Positions 20,911-30,849 of a stretch of DNA of 64,000 nucleotides are shown here, piece after piece (within the stretch, counting starts at the first letter, position 1; every line of letters begins with the position of its first letter). Source of the stretch: Acidimicrobiales bacterium (GTDB taxonomy: Bacteria > Actinomycetota > Acidimicrobiia > Acidimicrobiales > RAAP-2); the NCBI GenBank assembly GCA_035532375.1, contig DATKRC010000125.1, positions 5,805 through 69,804 of the forward strand, in the 5' to 3' direction. The position numbers and the translations under genes are program-made. The notes beneath the pieces were generated by a model, which did no database searches, was not told the DNA's origin, and saw only the letters and a list, made by a program, of their open reading frames with translations.

Positions 20911-21957
20911 CTAGGCGTTGAGTAGCGAATCGACGAAGGCCTCGGGATCGAAGGCGATCAGGTCCTCGACGCCTTCGCCGATGCCCACGAACTTGACGGG
21001 GATTCCGAGTTCGCGCTCGATGGCGACCACGATGCCCCCGCGAGCCGTGCCGTCGAGTTTCGTGAGGACGATCGCGGTCACATCGGCGGCAGCCAGGAAC
21101 TCTCTCGCCTGGCTCAGCGCGTTCTGTCCGGTCGTCGCGTCGAGGACCATGAACGTCTCAACCACCTGGCCGGGCTCGCGGTCCGCCACCCGGCGCACCT
21201 TGCTCAGTTCGTCGAGCAGATTGGTGCTGTTCGAACGTCGACCGGCGGTATCGGCGAGCACCATGTCCGCTCCCCGTGCGGCGGCTCGTCCGAGCGCGTC
21301 GTGCACGACCGAACCGGGATCCGCGCCTTCGGCCGAGCGCACGATATCGGCGCCGGTCCTCGTGGCCCACTGTTCGAGTTGATCGGCCGCGGCCGCACGA
21401 AACGTGTCGCCGGCTGCCAAGACGACACTGCGGCCGGCGTCGATCTGACGCTTGGCAAGTTTGCCGATCGTGGTCGTCTTCCCCACACCATTGACGCCTA
21501 CGAAGAGCCACACCGGTACGCGACCGCTCTCGGCCGTCGTGACGACCGAACGTTCGGCATTGAGTGCATCGAGCAATGACGCACGCACCGCGTAGGCAAC
21601 GCCGTCGGGCGCACCGTTCTCGCGGAGGTTGTCCAGGATCATGTTCGTCGTCGTGACCCCGACGTCACTACGCAACAACACCTCTTCCACGGTTTCCAGC
21701 TGGTCGCTACCGAGAGCCCCCACGCCTGAGAGCGACCGGACACGTTCGAAGACGCTTCGCGACGACCCGAGCCGTTGGGCGAGTGAGGGTGCTTCCAGCG
21801 ACGGTCGTTCGGCGAGTTCGGTGACGAGGACCGCCGGCATCGCCGCTCTTGTTGACGCCGGGATCGCGGCGCGACCACGGCGGCGCCGACGCACTACGAC
21901 CACGCTGATTCCCGCCAGGACCACGGCGGCCGCGACGACGATAATGGCGATGATCAC
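20911..21957 (-). CDS. ftsY: SRP receptor
   Basis: GVNGVGKTTT, DTFRAAA, TKLDGTARGG; N-terminal TM segment. Confidence 0.97.
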   Translation of the reverse strand: MIIAIIVVAAAVVLAGISVVVVRRRRRGRAAIPASTRAAMPAVLVTELAERPSLEAPSLAQRLGSSRSVFERVRSLSGVGALGSDQLETVEEVLLRSDVGVTTTNMILDNLRENGAPDGVAYAVRASLLDALNAERSVVTTAESGRVPVWLFVGVNGVGKTTTIGKLAKRQIDAGRSVVLAAGDTFRAAAADQLEQWATRTGADIVRSAEGADPGSVVHDALGRAAARGADMVLADTAGRRSNSTNLLDELSKVRRVADREPGQVVETFMVLDATTGQNALSQAREFLAAADVTAIVLTKLDGTARGGIVVAIERELGIPVKFVGIGEGVEDLIAFDPEAFVDSLLNA

Positions 21958-24900
21958 GCCGTTTCGACTTCCCTCGGACGCGCCGCACGTTGGCTGATCA
22001 CCTTGGAGGATGCGCCGGGACCCATGGTGACGCCGTAAAGAGCATCGGCCGCCTCCATCGTTCGCTTCTGGTGCGTCACGATCAACAACTGGGCTTCATC
22101 GCGGAACTCGTCGACCAGGCTTAGGAATCGTTGTAGGTTGACGTCGTCCAAGGCCGCTTCCACCTCGTCCATCATGTAGAACGGCGACGGTCGTGAACGA
22201 AACACGGCGAAGAGGAAGGCCAACGCGGCCATCGATCGTTCGCCACCGGAGAGCAATGAGAGGCGTCGGACGTTGCGACCCAGCGGTCGCACCTCGATCT
22301 CGACACCGGTGTTGAGCGGATCGTCGGGTTCGGTCAATATCAGTCGGCCCTGTCCCCCGGGGAAGAGCATCGCGATCAAGTTCGAGAAGTGTTCGTTCAC
22401 GTCAGCCACCGCGCTTGAGAATGTGTCCATGATCTCTTGATCGAGAGCGCGAAGGACTTCTTGGATCTCGCGCCGAGCGTGGCGAACGTCACTCACTTGC
22501 GCGTCCAGATCCTTGTAACGCTCCTCGAGCGATGTGAGTTCATCCAAGGCCAGCGGGTTGATCGGGCCGAGCGACGTCATGCGTGCTTCGAGTTCAGCGA
22601 CGCGCGCTTCGAGGGTCACGCCTTCGGGTAATTCCGGGAGCACCGTCTCGCCGATATCGGAAGGTTCGATCCCGAGATCATGTCGGATCAGTTCGTTGAT
22701 GTTGGCGATCTTGACGACCAACTCGGCTTGCTCGATCTCACTGTGGCGTACAGCGTCGCTCAGCTCCGCGAGCTTCGACTCGGCCTCTCTTCGTTCGCGT
22801 CGAACCTCTTCAAGGCGTTCTGCCCCGGCGCGCGTGGCTTCCAATTGTTCGCGGTACGTCGAATCCATTGCCTCCTGGGCCACTCGAATCTCTTCACCGC
22901 TGTGCTCGACCAGTCTCGATAACCGATCAAGTACCTGAAGATCGAACTCCAAGGAGACGCGTCGGCCAGCCGCTTCGGCCCTCTCACTAGAACGACCCTC
23001 CAGGCGTTGCTCGATCTCAGCGCGACGTTGCTCGAGGAGCCGTCGTCGCTCAGAGAACTCAGCTTCGCGCCGTGACAGTGCAGTCGTCTCCTCGGTGGCC
23101 CGATCACGAAGTGTTTCCAGTCCCTGTCGAGCCTCGGCGACACGGGCTTCACGTTCGCCAGCGAGGGCCACAGCCTCCTCCAATGACGGCAACTGTTCTC
23201 GCAACGTCAAGAGCTCACCGTCATTCGTGACGATCTGCTCGGTCAGTTCGGCGAGGTCTTCACCCAACGTCACCTCACCCGAGTTGAGCTCGTCGATCAG
23301 CGTCCTCAGCCGGCTCTCTTCACCTTCGAGTCGCTCCAGTTCGGCGTGGCTCTGAGCTTCACGCGATGTGGCACGATTCAACAGTTGACGAGCTTCAATC
23401 GCAGTGGCGTCGGCGTTCTTTCGACGCTCGCGCACCGGCGCGACAGCGGCGATGGCCTCGCGAGCGGCGTTCTGTGATTCTTCGACCGCGGAACGGGTGA
23501 CGACGGCGCGACCGGACGCGATTCGCCATCCCGAAGATGCGAAGCGGTCGCCGTCACGCGTCACGACGATCAATTCGGGATTCGCGAGTGCGATGTCCAT
23601 TCCCGTCTCCCAGTCAGGGGCGACGAAGGCCCGTGCGAAGAGAGTGTCCAGCACTCGAGTCACGTGCGCCGGGGCCTTGCGCCGAGCGTGCACCAGAGGT
23701 CGTAGTGGTTCGCATCCCGCAGGAGTCGCAGGAGCCGCGACGTCACCTTCACCGACCGGCAGGATAAGACCTGCCCCATTCTCTCGTCGCAGTGCCTCGA
23801 GCGAGGCGCGAGCGGAGCGCCGGCCATCGACCACCATGGCCCCCACGGAAGCCCCGGCCGCCGATTCCACGGCCCGTTCCCACCCGCTCTCAATTTCGAT
23901 GAGATCGAGGAACGCACCCAGGACACCTTCGAGGTCACCGATGATGGCGCGACCACCAGCACCAGAAAGTTCGTCGAGCGCCCGCGCCAACGCCTCGGAG
24001 TGGGCTTCGGTGCGCGCCGCCCAATCCGTCGCTTCACGCAACTCTTCGTCGCACGAGGTACGTTCGAGCTCGGCTTCGTCGGCGCTGAGCTGAGCGTCAC
24101 TACGTTCTTGTCGCGCTCTTTCCAGCACCATGCGTGCCTCTTCCAAGGCGTGACGAACGATTTCGTGTTCCGAAGTGCCTTGGGCGACGCGAGCGCGCGA
24201 TTCGCCGAGTCGCGTGGTCGCGCGTCGTTCGCTCTCGCGAAGGGAGTTCACCGATCGCTCCAACAACGCGATGCGTTGGCGCGCCGCGACCAACGCCGCT
24301 TCGTCCACTTCGCTCGATCCCGAGCCCCACGTCTCGTCAAAGGTGCGCTGGGCCGCGTCTAACTCATCTTGGGCCAGGGCGGCGGCTTCGCGGAGCGCGC
24401 TGAGCGCGAGGTCTTCATCGTCCACACTCTGAAGGTCAGACGTGAGTTTGGCGGCGTCAGCCTCGAGCGTGGCGATGACGTTCTCGTCGGCCGACGCGAT
24501 GAGCGCCTGACGCAGCGAACGTTCGCGCTCCTTGATGATCGACGCCGTTCCTCGTGCTCGTTCGGCCAGACCCTGCAAGGTACCGAGCGTCGACGCCAGC
24601 ATCTCCTCACGACGACTCGCCATCTCGGCGGCCGCGCTCGAGGCTTGTGCATCCAACGTCACCAGTTCAAGTCGTAGTTCGCGTTCGCGCGACGTCGAGA
24701 CCGCCAACTCGTTCGCCAAGGAAGTGCGTCGCCGCTCGAAGGCGTGCAGGCGCGTCGAAAATAGAGCCCGCCGCGCAGCGCGCAGATCGGCATCGATGTC
24801 GGAGTAACTGCGCGCGGATACTGCCTGACGTTCCAGGGGCCGCATCTGTCGACGGACCTCGCGCACGAGGTCGCCGAGGCGTTCGATGTTCTCCTGCGTA

Positions 24901-25448
24901 GCGGCGAGTCGGCGCTCGGCACGTTCTTTGCGCCGACGGTGTTTCAAGACGCCGGCCGCCTCTTCGATAACCGCGCGTCGATTTTCGGACGAGGAGTTGA
25001 GGATCGAATCCAACTGACCCTGACCGATGATCATGTGCTGTTGGCGGCCGACCCCGGAGTCACCTAGAAGCTCTTGGACGTCGAGCAGACGACAGACGGT
25101 TCCGTTGATGGCGTACTCGGAGTCCCCAGAACGGAACAATGTGCGCGAAATCGTCACTTCGGCACCCTCGATAGGCAACTTGCCCGAGGAGTTATCGAGC
25201 GTCAACGCCACTTCGGCACGGCCGAGGGCCGGGCGATTCGCCGTGCCCATGAAGATGACGTCGTCCATCTTGGAACTGCGCAGCGCCCTCGTGCTCTGGG
25301 CACCCAGCACCCAGGTCACGGCGTCGACGACATTGGACTTGCCCGAGCCGTTAGGACCGACGACTGCCGTGACGCCTGTTTCGAATTCGAGCACCGTGTT
25401 GTCAGCGAAGGACTTGAAGCCCTTCATCGTCAATCGCTTTAGAAACAC
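21954..25448 (-). CDS. smc: Chromosome segregation protein SMC
   Basis: GPNGSGKSN, coiled coils, LSGGE, DEVEAALD. Confidence 0.97.
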   Translation of the reverse strand: MFLKRLTMKGFKSFADNTVLEFETGVTAVVGPNGSGKSNVVDAVTWVLGAQSTRALRSSKMDDVIFMGTANRPALGRAEVALTLDNSSGKLPIEGAEVTISRTLFRSGDSEYAINGTVCRLLDVQELLGDSGVGRQQHMIIGQGQLDSILNSSSENRRAVIEEAAGVLKHRRRKERAERRLAATQENIERLGDLVREVRRQMRPLERQAVSARSYSDIDADLRAARRALFSTRLHAFERRRTSLANELAVSTSRERELRLELVTLDAQASSAAAEMASRREEMLASTLGTLQGLAERARGTASIIKERERSLRQALIASADENVIATLEADAAKLTSDLQSVDDEDLALSALREAAALAQDELDAAQRTFDETWGSGSSEVDEAALVAARQRIALLERSVNSLRESERRATTRLGESRARVAQGTSEHEIVRHALEEARMVLERARQERSDAQLSADEAELERTSCDEELREATDWAARTEAHSEALARALDELSGAGGRAIIGDLEGVLGAFLDLIEIESGWERAVESAAGASVGAMVVDGRRSARASLEALRRENGAGLILPVGEGDVAAPATPAGCEPLRPLVHARRKAPAHVTRVLDTLFARAFVAPDWETGMDIALANPELIVVTRDGDRFASSGWRIASGRAVVTRSAVEESQNAAREAIAAVAPVRERRKNADATAIEARQLLNRATSREAQSHAELERLEGEESRLRTLIDELNSGEVTLGEDLAELTEQIVTNDGELLTLREQLPSLEEAVALAGEREARVAEARQGLETLRDRATEETTALSRREAEFSERRRLLEQRRAEIEQRLEGRSSERAEAAGRRVSLEFDLQVLDRLSRLVEHSGEEIRVAQEAMDSTYREQLEATRAGAERLEEVRRERREAESKLAELSDAVRHSEIEQAELVVKIANINELIRHDLGIEPSDIGETVLPELPEGVTLEARVAELEARMTSLGPINPLALDELTSLEERYKDLDAQVSDVRHARREIQEVLRALDQEIMDTFSSAVADVNEHFSNLIAMLFPGGQGRLILTEPDDPLNTGVEIEVRPLGRNVRRLSLLSGGERSMAALAFLFAVFRSRPSPFYMMDEVEAALDDVNLQRFLSLVDEFRDEAQLLIVTHQKRTMEAADALYGVTMGPGASSKVISQRAARPREVETA

Positions 25449-25486
25449 GGCACGACGCTACCAACGTTCCCGAGGGACACTGGTCG

Positions 25487-26389
25487 TTACGACTGGCATT
25501 TCGGGCAATAGAACGTGGAGCGCCCGCGGACCGTTTCTCGGATGATGGGCTGGCGGCATTGGTAGCACGCCTCACCTTCTCGGTTGTAGACCTGATGGAA
25601 CTGTTGGAAGGTGCCGGGCACGCCGTCGGGGTCGACGAACTGCTCGTCATCCAGCGTCGAGCCACCGTGCTTGATCGCCTCGGTCAGGATTTCAGAGATC
25701 GCGCGGTGCAGCCGTCGGATCTCGATTGTGGAGAGTGATTCGGCCTCGCGGTCGTAGCGAAGACCGGCGGCAAAGAGGATTTCGTCGGCGTAGATGTTGC
25801 CGATGCCGGCGATGATGTCCTGGTCGGTCAGGACGGCTTTCAACGACGTCGAACGACTGCGCAGGATGGCCGCGAAACGGTCCCAGCCGATCTGGTCCTC
25901 GAAGGGATCGATACCGAGATGCGCCAACTCCGGCACGGCCTTTCGAAGCGCCATGCCGTCGCCGCCGATAGAAAGCCGGGCGAACTTAGATATCTCCACG
26001 GCCTGGCCCTCGGCCGGCGGCGTCGATATGTACAGCTCGCCAAAGGTCCGCGGGTCGACGTAGCGCAGCTCCCCGCCCTGGACGAAGGTGAAGACCACGT
26101 GCGTGTGCTTCGGTTTCGGGTCCTTGGGACCCTTGGCCCGCAGTAGCTGACCGCTCATGCCCAGGTGGATGACCAGGTGCGTCCCGTTGTCCAGAGCGAA
26201 GACGAGATTCTTCCCGAGTCGTTGTGCGCTGCGGATCGAATGGCCTTCGATCATGGCGCGAAAGTCCTTGGCCGTCTTGTGACGTCGGACCAGTCGCCCG
26301 TTGGTGACCGAGACGGACTTCACCTTCTTGCCGATCAGGTCGCGTGCTAGTGCCGCGCGTACGGTTTCGACTTCGGGAAGCTCAGGCAT
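25487..26389 (-). CDS. mutM: Formamidopyrimidine-DNA glycosylase
   Basis: MPELPEVE, HLGMSG, GIGNIYADE, C-terminal zinc finger. Confidence 0.97.
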   Translation of the reverse strand: MPELPEVETVRAALARDLIGKKVKSVSVTNGRLVRRHKTAKDFRAMIEGHSIRSAQRLGKNLVFALDNGTHLVIHLGMSGQLLRAKGPKDPKPKHTHVVFTFVQGGELRYVDPRTFGELYISTPPAEGQAVEISKFARLSIGGDGMALRKAVPELAHLGIDPFEDQIGWDRFAAILRSRSTSLKAVLTDQDIIAGIGNIYADEILFAAGLRYDREAESLSTIEIRRLHRAISEILTEAIKHGGSTLDDEQFVDPDGVPGTFQQFHQVYNREGEACYQCRQPIIRETVRGRSTFYCPKCQS

Positions 26390-27068
26390 CGCGCCTCCCC
26401 CAGGCTTCTTCGGCGGCGCGCGCCTCGGCGCCTTTCTTTGACGAACCCTCGCCGGTACCCATGATCCGCTTGGACAGCCGAACGACTGCGGAGAACGTTG
26501 CGTCGTGCGAAGGGCCCGAGGACGTCACTTCATACTCTGGCGTGCCGAGTCCGTTCGCCTCGGACCACTGGCGAAGTCGCGTCTTGGGATCGCCTTCGCC
26601 CGGACGCGACGCCGCTTCGGCGACTGCGTCGGCCAACATGTCCTGCACGAAGGATTTGGCGGCGTCGTAACCGCTCTCCAAATAAATCGCCGCGACCAGC
26701 GCCTCGAAGGCGTCAGCCAGCAGCGATGGTCGCTCCAAACCGTGTTCCTTTTTCACGCCGCGACCGATGCGCATCGCGCTCGCTAAGTCCACACGCGTCG
26801 CGGCCTCGGCCAAGGACGATTCGTTCACCACACGCGAACGCACCAACGAGCCGGAACCTTCGTTGAGTTCCGGATAACCGGTGACGATGAGGTCGGCGAC
26901 CGCGAGATCGACCACGGCGTCACCCAAGAATTCGAGTCGTTCGTTCGACTCACATTCATGCTCGGCCGCGAAACTCGAATGAGTCAGGGCAATGCTCAGG
27001 TAATCACTCTCGCGCGAAAGTCCCACTCGCTCGGCTAGCGCATCAAGTGGCGACAGCACCAGGTTCAC
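26382..27068 (-). CDS. rnc: Ribonuclease III
   Basis: NERLEFLGDAV, dsRBD. Confidence 0.97.
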   Translation of the reverse strand: MNLVLSPLDALAERVGLSRESDYLSIALTHSSFAAEHECESNERLEFLGDAVVDLAVADLIVTGYPELNEGSGSLVRSRVVNESSLAEAATRVDLASAMRIGRGVKKEHGLERPSLLADAFEALVAAIYLESGYDAAKSFVQDMLADAVAEAASRPGEGDPKTRLRQWSEANGLGTPEYEVTSSGPSHDATFSAVVRLSKRIMGTGEGSSKKGAEARAAEEAWGRRDA

Positions 27069-27076
27069 GTGCCCCG

Positions 27077-27364
27077 TTAGGTCACCTGCAGCTTGTCGGC
27101 GACGTAGTTGACCGCGTCGCGCACGCTCAGGAGACCTTCGAGGTCCTCGTCGTCGATGTGGAATCCGGCGGAGTAGGTGGCCAGGGACTCCTCTAACGCT
27201 TCGACGAGTTCGATCAGCGCGAGTGAATCGGCGCCCAGGTCTGCGAAGGTGACGTCCTCACCGATCTCGTCAGGGCTCTTCTCCAGGATTTCGGCGAGTT
27301 GATCACGCACGATGCCCAAAATCGTGGCCCTATCCAGTGATGTTGGAGGTACAGCGTCTGCCAT
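27077..27364 (-). CDS. acpP: Acyl carrier protein
   Basis: DLGADSL phosphopantetheine motif. Confidence 0.9.
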   Translation of the reverse strand: MADAVPPTSLDRATILGIVRDQLAEILEKSPDEIGEDVTFADLGADSLALIELVEALEESLATYSAGFHIDDEDLEGLLSVRDAVNYVADKLQVT

Positions 27365-27426
27365 CGTCCACTCCCTTGTTGTTGCTGTTCGAGTTTACTG
27401 AACGACCAGGGATGACGACTTGGAAC

Positions 27427-28410
27427 TTAGGCTTGATCAGGTCGTATGGCGAGGCGCAGTTTCTGGACCACATCGGCGGCGTCCATCTCCGAAGCCACGC
27501 GCAGCGCGTTCTTGATCGCCGTGGCATTGGAGGACCCGTGGGAGATCACGCAAATGCCGTCGACGCCCAAGAGCAGCGCTCCACCTTGATTCTCCGGCGT
27601 CATCTCAGAGGCCAACGGCAACAAGTACTGGAACAACACGTCGCCGGCGGCCCTCGTCTCGTCATTGGTCGCGACGGCCGACACGACCGCCGAGAAAGTG
27701 AACTTGAGCGCACCTTCGAGCGTCTTCAAAGCCACGTTGCCCGTGAACCCGTCGGTAACGACGACGTCGACCGGCGAGGGCACCAGGTCGCGACCCTCGA
27801 CGTTGCCGACGAAGTTGAGCCCGTCCATCGCCGTCAGGAGCTGGTTCGTCTCCTTCACCAACGGTGTTCCCTTGGTCGACTCCTCGCCGATCGAGAGCAG
27901 CCCGACTCGGGGACTCTCGACGCCGTAGTGGGCCCGGACGAACGTACTGGCCATCAGGGCGAACTGCACCAGCATCTCGGGCGTGCACTCGGAGTTCGCT
28001 CCGGCGTCGACGAGGACCGTCGGCGTGTGACCGGGATTGGGAATGGGTGTGGCGATGCACGGACGCACGACACCGGGTAGTCGTCCCATTCGCAGGAGGG
28101 CCGACGCCATGGTCGCACCGGTATTGCCCGCCGACACCATCGCGCTGGCTCTGCCGTCGCGCACCAGTTCGGCCGCGCGCACGAGCGACGAGTCCTTTTT
28201 CTTACGCACGCTGGCGGCCGGATCGTCGTCCATGGCGATCACTTCGGAGCAGGGGAAGACCTCGAGACCCAGTGGGTCGCCCATGAGTTCAGGAACGCCG
28301 ACCAGGATGACCGAGAGTCCGAGTTCATCGACGGCGGCACGGGCCCCGTCGATGATCTCCTTGGGAGCAAAGTCGCCGCCCATCGCATCCAGGGCGATGG
28401 GCAGGCTCAA
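27427..28410 (-). CDS. plsX: Phosphate acyltransferase
   Basis: IALDAMGGDFAP, SAGNTGA, DGFTGNVALK. Confidence 0.95.
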   Translation of the reverse strand: MSLPIALDAMGGDFAPKEIIDGARAAVDELGLSVILVGVPELMGDPLGLEVFPCSEVIAMDDDPAASVRKKKDSSLVRAAELVRDGRASAMVSAGNTGATMASALLRMGRLPGVVRPCIATPIPNPGHTPTVLVDAGANSECTPEMLVQFALMASTFVRAHYGVESPRVGLLSIGEESTKGTPLVKETNQLLTAMDGLNFVGNVEGRDLVPSPVDVVVTDGFTGNVALKTLEGALKFTFSAVVSAVATNDETRAAGDVLFQYLLPLASEMTPENQGGALLLGVDGICVISHGSSNATAIKNALRVASEMDAADVVQKLRLAIRPDQA

Positions 28411-28411
28411 C

Positions 28412-28591
28412 TTAGTTGACCTCTACGGCGACGCGACCCTTGTACCAACCGCAGTTGGGGCACACGATGTGAGGCATCTTGGTAGTCGCGCACTGCGGGC
28501 AGACGCTGCGCGCCGGGCGTGACAGGGTCCAGTTGGCGGCGCGGCGGCTGCGGGTCTTGGCTTTACTGGTCTTGCGCTTCGGGACGGCCAT
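28412..28591 (-). CDS. rpmF: 50S ribosomal protein L32 (missing from the ORF track)
   Basis: Manual translation MAVPKRKTSKAKTRSRRA..CPQC..PHIVCPNCGWYKG, 59 aa. Confidence 0.95.
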   Translation of the reverse strand: MAVPKRKTSKAKTRSRRAANWTLSRPARSVCPQCATTKMPHIVCPNCGWYKGRVAVEVN

Positions 28592-28625
28592 CGATCTTCT
28601 CTTTCAGTTGAACGGGCGAAGCCCG

Positions 28626-29180
28626 TCACACTTCTTTTGATTCGCCGGTCTCTACGTCCGTGAATCGGAGTCCGTCCAGTGTAGCCCAGCGAGAATCGAT
28701 GGGCGCCTGGCAGTCACACGTGGCTTCGTTGCGGTCGATCCCGCAGAACGGACACAGTCCTTTGCAGTCCTCTCGACAGAGCGGTGCCAGCGGCAGGTCC
28801 AAAAAGATTGCGTCGTGCGCCAGGGGCGCCAGATCGATGAAGTCGTCCTCGATCAGATAGACCTCTTCATCGCCCTCTTGGCGATGGTCGACGAAGCGCT
28901 CGTCGACACTGACGCTGCTCACCCCGAGAACCGGCGTCGAGCAGCGCCGACAGACGCCGTGCCACGGCGCCTCGACCTGGCCCCTGGCACGCAGTCCCCC
29001 GTTGAAACTCTCGAGGCGCAACTGCAACCGCACGGTCGCTTCGGGAAAGACGTCGGTCTCGGCCGGTCCGCGCGGCTCGAACTCATGGGGCTCGTCGAAA
29101 AGTGCCTCGAAGGCGACCTCGGCGCGCGAGGGGACGTCACGCAACAGTTGTGCGACCGGGACGAGGTACGGCGAGGCCAT
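28626..29180 (-). CDS. YceD/DUF177 family protein
   Basis: CRRC, PLCREDCKGLCPFCG, DSRWATL; upstream of rpmF. Confidence 0.9.
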   Translation of the reverse strand: MASPYLVPVAQLLRDVPSRAEVAFEALFDEPHEFEPRGPAETDVFPEATVRLQLRLESFNGGLRARGQVEAPWHGVCRRCSTPVLGVSSVSVDERFVDHRQEGDEEVYLIEDDFIDLAPLAHDAIFLDLPLAPLCREDCKGLCPFCGIDRNEATCDCQAPIDSRWATLDGLRFTDVETGESKEV

Positions 29181-29185
29181 GATGG

Positions 29186-29818
29186 CTAAAACGCGTCCTG
29201 GTCGAAGAACGACGTGGTGTCTTCGAGTCCGGTCGGTTCCTTGTAATCGGGCGCGATCCCCGAAAGTTGCTCATCGGTGCCGGACTCTTCTATAAGCGAC
29301 GTGGGCAGACCCTGGGCGCTCAGACGTTCGCGTCCGGAGTGTGTGGTCTTGAGGAGTCGCTCGAGCACGATCTCGAAACTGCCGAGTTTGCCGTCGATGA
29401 AGTCCTCGGACTGATTGATCATCTGGCGCGATTGGGCGTGGGCTTCGGCGATGATCTGTTGGGCCATCAAGCGGCTCTGGCGAACGATCTCAGTCTTGTC
29501 GACCATCCGGGCGGCCTCGGCGCGGACCTGATCCATGAGTTGTTGCGCCTTTTGCAGTTCGGCGGCCATCAACTCCTCGCGGTCACGCAGCGCCCAGCGA
29601 GCCTCGCGGATCTCGTCGGGCAGGCTCCGCAGTGCCTGTTCGAGCAGCCCGAGCACGTCGTCGCGCGGGATCAGCGCCGAGTTCGACAGCGGCATCTGCT
29701 TGGCGTTGGCGACCAGTTCGATCAGGTCGCGCAGGTCCGATTCGATGTCGCGGCGAATGTGGCGGCCCGAGGGCTCTTGGAACTCCTCGGGGTCGTCGTA
29801 TCCGTCAAAGGACGTCAT
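29186..29818 (-). CDS. Coiled-coil protein (SepIVA/DivIVA-like)
   Basis: AKQMPLS..LPDEIREARW; conserved position after coaD. Confidence 0.75.
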   Translation of the reverse strand: MTSFDGYDDPEEFQEPSGRHIRRDIESDLRDLIELVANAKQMPLSNSALIPRDDVLGLLEQALRSLPDEIREARWALRDREELMAAELQKAQQLMDQVRAEAARMVDKTEIVRQSRLMAQQIIAEAHAQSRQMINQSEDFIDGKLGSFEIVLERLLKTTHSGRERLSAQGLPTSLIEESGTDEQLSGIAPDYKEPTGLEDTTSFFDQDAF

Positions 29819-30303
29819 TGCCCACCTCCTGGAAACTTGCCGATCAGGCGTTTGGCGACCGCGGCCGGTACGAAGGTTGACACGTCGCCACCGTAACGTG
29901 CCACTTCGCGAAGCAAACGTGAGGCAATAAAGGAGTGCGTCGAGCTGGTCGGGATGAAGAGCGTCTCGACCCCCGACAGTGACCGGTTCATCTGAGCCAT
30001 CTGCATCTCGCTCTCGAAGTCCGACACGGCCCGCAGGCCCTTCACGATCGCCGTCGCGTTGACGTCCTTCGCCACGTTCACCAGCAGCGTCGAGATCGAG
30101 ACGATACGGATGTTCGGAAGGTGCCCCAGGCACTCGGCGATCATGTCACGGCGTTCGTCGAGGTCGAAGAGCGCCTCGGACTTCTGGGGGTTGCGGATGG
30201 CCGCGACGACGATCTCATCGAAGATGAGCGAGGCGCGTTCGACGATTTCCAGGTGTCCGTTATGGAAGGGATCGAAGGATCCGGGGATGAGTCCAACCGT
30301 CAT
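29815..30303 (-). CDS. coaD: Phosphopantetheine adenylyltransferase
   Basis: PGSFDPFHNGH, KGLRAVSDFE. Confidence 0.97.
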   Translation of the reverse strand: MTVGLIPGSFDPFHNGHLEIVERASLIFDEIVVAAIRNPQKSEALFDLDERRDMIAECLGHLPNIRIVSISTLLVNVAKDVNATAIVKGLRAVSDFESEMQMAQMNRSLSGVETLFIPTSSTHSFIASRLLREVARYGGDVSTFVPAAVAKRLIGKFPGGGQ

Positions 30304-30824
30304 ACGTCACCTTCGTCTGGTTCCAACATCGTTACGAGCGTAGTTCCGTAGCGCTTCGTTTTGGTAACGATCCAGCCCGTCGGCGGGTCCATATGACGGT
30401 CGTTTTCGACCATTACGCGCTTCGCGGTGACCTCACGCAGCACGCTCTCGAGATCGAGCGGTCCGTAGGGCGGATCGGCGAGCACGAGGTCGAGGTCGTC
30501 CGGCGGTGACCACACCGGCAACATCGCGCGCACGAAGACAGCCTCGGCGTCGAAGTTGAGCGGCTCTAAGTTGAGCTTGACCGCGGCCAGACATGCCGGA
30601 TCGCTGTCGACGAAATAGACCTTGGCAGCGCCTCTCGACATTGCTTCGATGCCCATGGCGCCCGAACCGCAGTACAGATCGGCGACCACCAGGTCATAGA
30701 GCCCCCCGCGGCTCTCCAGCATGGAAAAAATCGCCTCACGCGCATAGTCCGTCGTCGGGCGAACCGTTGACGGGAGCTTCGCCTTGAGCGGACGTCCTCG
30801 CGCCGACCCACCAATAACTCGCAT
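30300..30824 (-). CDS. rsmD: 16S rRNA m2G966 methyltransferase
   Basis: MRVIGG, RPTTD, DLYCGSG, DPPY. Confidence 0.93.
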   Translation of the reverse strand: MRVIGGSARGRPLKAKLPSTVRPTTDYAREAIFSMLESRGGLYDLVVADLYCGSGAMGIEAMSRGAAKVYFVDSDPACLAAVKLNLEPLNFDAEAVFVRAMLPVWSPPDDLDLVLADPPYGPLDLESVLREVTAKRVMVENDRHMDPPTGWIVTKTKRYGTTLVTMLEPDEGDV

Positions 30825-30849
30825 GCCTCAAGGGTAGGTCGCTTAATCG